Positions 60,801-64,000 of a stretch of 64,000 nt of DNA are shown one piece after another. The notes under the pieces were generated by a model. It was not told where the DNA came from, made no database searches, and saw only the letters and a list, made by a program, of their open reading frames with translations. The DNA is from Raillietiella orientalis (Eukaryota), in the NCBI GenBank assembly GCA_036172245.1, contig JAYWIR010000014.1:1736001-1800000 (forward strand), given 5' to 3'. The position numbers and the translations under genes were made by a program. The stretch's first letter is position 1. Each line of letters starts with the position of its first letter.

Positions 60801-63800
60801 AGATAGAATCTTCGGATGCCCAAAGGAGAGAATCAAGTGGTACAGGAGGTGTTCATGACAGCACTGTACCGTACGGCATGCGTTGGAGCACGTCCATCAG
60901 AACGAGCGGCCGCCCGACGACCGCCACCTCTTCTGAAGAACCGAATGGACGAGGCAACTCGAAAGCACGGACAAACCAGGTTCCGGGATTCCACCCGAAC
61001 ATGCTTTACGTCCTCAGTAGACTCCAGCGGTAAAGCTGGACACGGACTCGCGGGTCTCTTCTAGGAAAGCGGAAGAGACCTCGTAGGGAGGGAAGAAGCG
61101 TTCGGAACTTTCAACAAGGCGATGTACAGCCAGGTGTCAACACTCCCGAAACGAAGGCAGATGCGAGACACACAAATTCGAGCGCCTCAAAGGTGTGGAT
61201 GCTTTCGGCTTGATTCAGACGTGGGAGATTAAAGGTTTCTCTCATGCGGAGCGCCAACGTCTGTGCACAACTTTCTTAGCCTCTTCCCTCCCCCTCCAAA
61301 CAAGGGCCCCGTTTCGCCACAATGTCTGTAGGAGCGGGTCGCACGCACGGATGGGTTTGGAATCCCAGTCCCCAAGCTTGGCAGATGGGAAGATGCATCT
61401 CTCCCTCTGTGTGAGTGAGCGTGGAATGATGCCGAAGATGAAAATCAACTTTCAGATCAGTATCTTTCCTACGACGCCATTGAAACACACGTTCCCTGCT
61501 GGGAAGGACCCGGCAGTATGCAGCAGCACGGTGGATTTCTTCGGGATCGAATCCTTCTGTTACGTTCTTCAACTCTCTCGTTCGCACGGTAAGCCGGAGA
61601 GAGCAGCACCGACGTTCGAGCGATGCTCTCGGGAAGCGCAGCCACACACCGTCCGCCGTTTATGGAAATGGTCCGGACCCCCTCGAGATGAACGAGGGTC
61701 CTTTCCACATCACCTGTGATCTCCAGTCCGGAAACGGATGCTTTCCGAGGGTGGGTGGGTGAGGGAGAGAGGAGGGTGCGAACGAACCCCGAGAACTCGC
61801 CCTCAGCGGCCGGCTTCCGCGAGTCGAAATCTCCTGCGCTCAAGCTGCAACTTACAAGCTGGTAAGTGGTAAGGCCGATGACTTCGAGGAGGGAGTCGTC
61901 CATCGCCGGTTTTCCACACATGATGTTCCAGGGATGGGTGCCGCTCCCGTAACTAGAAAAAGAGAAGGGAAATCTTTGAGATCTCTCCGAGAGAATTAAG
62001 GGAGACAAATATCAGAATGCGAAAGCAAAAGAAAAAAGCACTCCGGATGGAACGACAAGGATGGATGCGGCATGGAAGCAGAGCCTGATTACGGATGCTG
62101 GATTTCTGGACCGATACCGGAGCTTGAGCAGTGCGAAGAAGCAACCTGATGAGCAGTCGTACCCTCATCAGATCGATGAAATAGGCTGGGGACGTTCGTT
62201 CCGAGAGGAAGGAGCACTTTGCTTTCCTGTCTCCTTCGGAGCCTCCTATCAAGACGAGAAGAGCTCGCGGCATCCTCCAGGAAAGCATCCTGTCTCAGAC
62301 GACAATGTGAACTCCCGCTGTCTTCCGGACATCGGTTCCGCTCCCTCATCGAGAGGTGCGCATGAGCGCAGGCGCACCACTGGCGTCTCGTCATGCCATC
62401 CGTGCGCTGTTCAGCGTCGGGAAGGCGCAGCAAGGAACGGGAGCCAGGACCGAGCGGAGGGTGCTGCCTCGAACCACCGCTGGCAAAAAACCAGCCCGCG
62501 CTCTTCCCGCTGCCGACCCAGAGAGCCTGTGGTAGTCCTTGTCCTGGAAGGGTTGCGAACGGGAAAATCGACTCCTCGAAGTCACGAGCGGCGACTCGCG
62601 GTCACTTTCCCCTCAGCGACTACGTCCACGTCCGGCATACATTTCATATATTCCGCGGGTGCATGGCAGTCATCCACCGCTGATTCGAGCCGGAGGAAAG
62701 GAAGGCGTTTCACAGAGTGAGTCTCGAACTGCAAACGCGTGTGCGTGTTTTTTTTTTTCTTTTCGTGCCCCGGAGAGAAGCCCGGTTCCCATAACTACTA
62801 TTGCGGAGCGCCTGTGCCTCCGTGCCAGCACGCCCAGCTTGCTTCGTTAGGGAGAACTCTTGCCGTTCGCGTTCGCTCTGGTAGCGCCAGTGTGCGGCGA
62901 GGCAAAAGAACACGCAAATGGGAGAGGTACTAAAGAGATATTCCATTTCCAGTATGTCTCTGAGCGAAAGACGCTTTTTGAGATGCAGATTCTATCCGCA
63001 GCATGCGCGCTTTTCGAAGCGTAATCTCATTTGGGATCTCATACAGCACACCTCCCTGAAGGAAGCGAAGAATGCCATCTTTCTTGGGCGAGGGAAGCTG
63101 AAAGGGTGAAGGTGGGATGGCGGACGAGAGGAAAAGCTGAAGGGAAGCTTTTGCAAGAATGGATCGCGGGAACGCGGACAGTGGGCGTATCCCCCGTTCT
63201 GCATCAGAGAGGAGTACTTTCTCTCGGAAGCCATCAAGCCGATCCGAAGGCACAGTCGCCAGCAGAGCAGAGGCGCTCGCTCCTGAGACGACGCACGGCG
63301 GCAGGCGATGAAGGCGAGGAGCGGAGGCAGGTGGAAACGGGTGAGGGGAGACCGTTTCTGTCTCGTGGGAAAATGCAGCCGACAGCACCCGAAAGCAACG
63401 AAGACGACCGAGTGCGCTCGTAGATGCTCCGGCAAAGTGGCCCGGCGCGCCCTGCGCGGTCGACTACGGTAGCTGGTTGGCGAACAGGAACCGGAGCGCG
63501 TCTCTGCAGGAACGCTTGAAGAGAGAAGCTGGAAGCAAGCGGTTCCCCCGCCCACACAAGAAGAGGGAGCAGGACCATTTCCTACGCGTCGCGATGGAAG
63601 TCGGGTTCAGCTCCGAGCTCTTGGATTTTAGTGGATCCGAAGATGTGCTGCTGCGTGGTCATACCGGCATGAAAGCCAAGCCTGGACCAATCTTCTCAAT
63701 GGAGCGACGGGACGGGGAGGAAGGTGCTCACGGCTACAGCGCGCGAAGAGGATATACGATCCATATCATGGGACTCCAGGAAAAGCGCGCGAAAACCCGC

Positions 63801-64000
63801 CGCAGCGGAAAACACGCGGGGAGGTCTTTGTGTTGTGGCGACCCCAACACACTCCACGTCGTGACACGGGTCGAAACCCTTAAACAGACCTTGGTATGTT
63901 GAGGAACAGAAGGCAGTGGATCTTGAGCTCTCTGAGTTTTGCCGTCAGGTCCCTTCCGTCACACACCAGCGTTATGTGGTCCGACAGGTTCCTCCACTTC
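42810..64000 (-). CDS. rdgA: Type IV diacylglycerol kinase (DGKzeta/iota; rdgA-like), 3' half: accessory domain, linker, ankyrin repeats; 5' part outside window
   Basis: Exons (minus): 64000-63890 (KWRNLSDHITLVCDGRDLTAKLRELKIHCLLFLNIP), 61952-61856 (YGSGTHPW..MDDSLLEVIGLTTYQL), 50907-50723 (LLQAGAHGTCIAQCR..IPVQVDGEACKL), 49417-49317, 47917-47795 (..DWCFLD), 47744-47534 (YTADRFFRIDQNQENFHYV), 45942-45889 (tentative), an exon starting 44987 (end uncertain), 44460-44378, 44216-44147, 44091-43934, 43803-43640, 42853-42810. The motifs match DGKZ/rdgA as I recall them. Confidence 0.93.
43640..44216 (-). CDS. rdgA: DGK ankyrin-repeat exons (44216-44147, 44091-43934, 43803-43640)
   Basis: DELLECAKRGDVHR|IRDLHQAGRKLTVVDTLGKSILHHATVHGHTDVVQYVVAH..|GRTALHMAASSRQRSICCILIAAGASLLFPDASQKIPRELAEDACDKELANYLI; canonical GT-AG with consistent phases. 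Confidence 0.92.
47534..47917 (-). CDS. rdgA: DGK two exons (47917-47795, 47744-47534) split by a 50 nt intron
   Basis: RKLGVIYVNLDCDLEQARAFV..DDWCFLD|SYTADRFFRIDQNQENFHYVSDICD..; matches the DGKZ WCFLD.T..RFYRID segment. Confidence 0.9.
49317..49417 (-). CDS. rdgA: DGK exon (post-catalytic region)
   Basis: TTGCAG acceptor, GVVPLENMRLEVRLVRFDTYEKHCHDKDILRKI; resembles DGKZ [26 protein letters not shown]. Confidence 0.85.
50723..50907 (-). CDS. rdgA: DGK exon (end of accessory domain)
   Basis: TLLQAGAHGTCIAQCRSAYVRTEKVIPVQVDGEACKLNPSVIRISHLNRALLVAKRKKKQ, containing the P.QVDGE motif; GTAAGT donor. Confidence 0.93.
53311..53944 (-). mobile_element. tRNA-derived SINE-like element with the same head/core but a different 3' tail (copy 4), inside a DGK intron
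   Basis: 53574-53944 aligns with 29889-30262. Best-preserved head: GCCCGCGTTGGCGGCCGTGTGGTTGAGG...GGGTTCGAATCCC. 53311-53573 does not match the tails of copies 1-3 and contains a 12-bp hairpin and short tandem repeats. Confidence 0.75.
59095..59117. repeat. (GC)8 plus ACGCGCG alternating purine-pyrimidine tract
   Basis: gcgcgcgcgcgcgcgcacgcgcg seen directly. Confidence 0.85.
61856..61952 (-). CDS. rdgA: DGK exon (accessory domain)
   Basis: CTTTTCTAG acceptor, (S)YGSGTHPWNIMCGKPAMDDSLLEVIGLTTYQL, GTAAGT donor. Confidence 0.92.
63890..64000 (-). CDS. rdgA: DGK exon (accessory domain), truncated by window edge
   Basis: KWRNLSDHITLVCDGRDLTAKLRELKIHCLLFLNIP, then AG|GTCTGT donor (phase 2). Confidence 0.9.

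Noticed and set aside
41000..63800. Many overlapping 100-360 aa ORFs on both strands
   Set aside because: Low-complexity Arg/Pro/Ser/Gly products expected from GC-rich DNA; only the parts matching DGK exons are supported.

Overview
This is animal nuclear genomic DNA with spliced genes; the rdgA-like and Tusp-like sequences suggest an arthropod, but the species cannot be called. There are no prokaryotic features and no CRISPR array. Three conserved genes were reconstructed by hand. (1) The last coding bases of CHAF1B/CAF-1 p60 (+, ends at 209). (2) A complete 12-exon TULP4/Tusp gene (-, 12531 to 242, about 968 aa) that stops only 32 bp from CHAF1B and has eight 42-50 nt micro-introns (one GC-AG) plus an 8.3 kb intron. 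(3) The 3' half of a type IV diacylglycerol kinase (DGKzeta/iota, rdgA-like; -, window end to 42810). Base composition shifts from AT-rich on the left to GC-rich on the right. The most interesting non-genic element is an ~800 nt tRNA-headed SINE-like family with four copies, all on the minus strand. It has two B-box-like motifs, retained CUUCG hairpin motifs, a swapped 3' module in one copy, and a ~610 nt identical core in two copies whose ends have diverged. The 12.6-42.8 kb interval holds only low-confidence orphan exon/ORF candidates, and most ORF-track entries there are probably spurious. All gene models and alignments were made by eye, without database searches.
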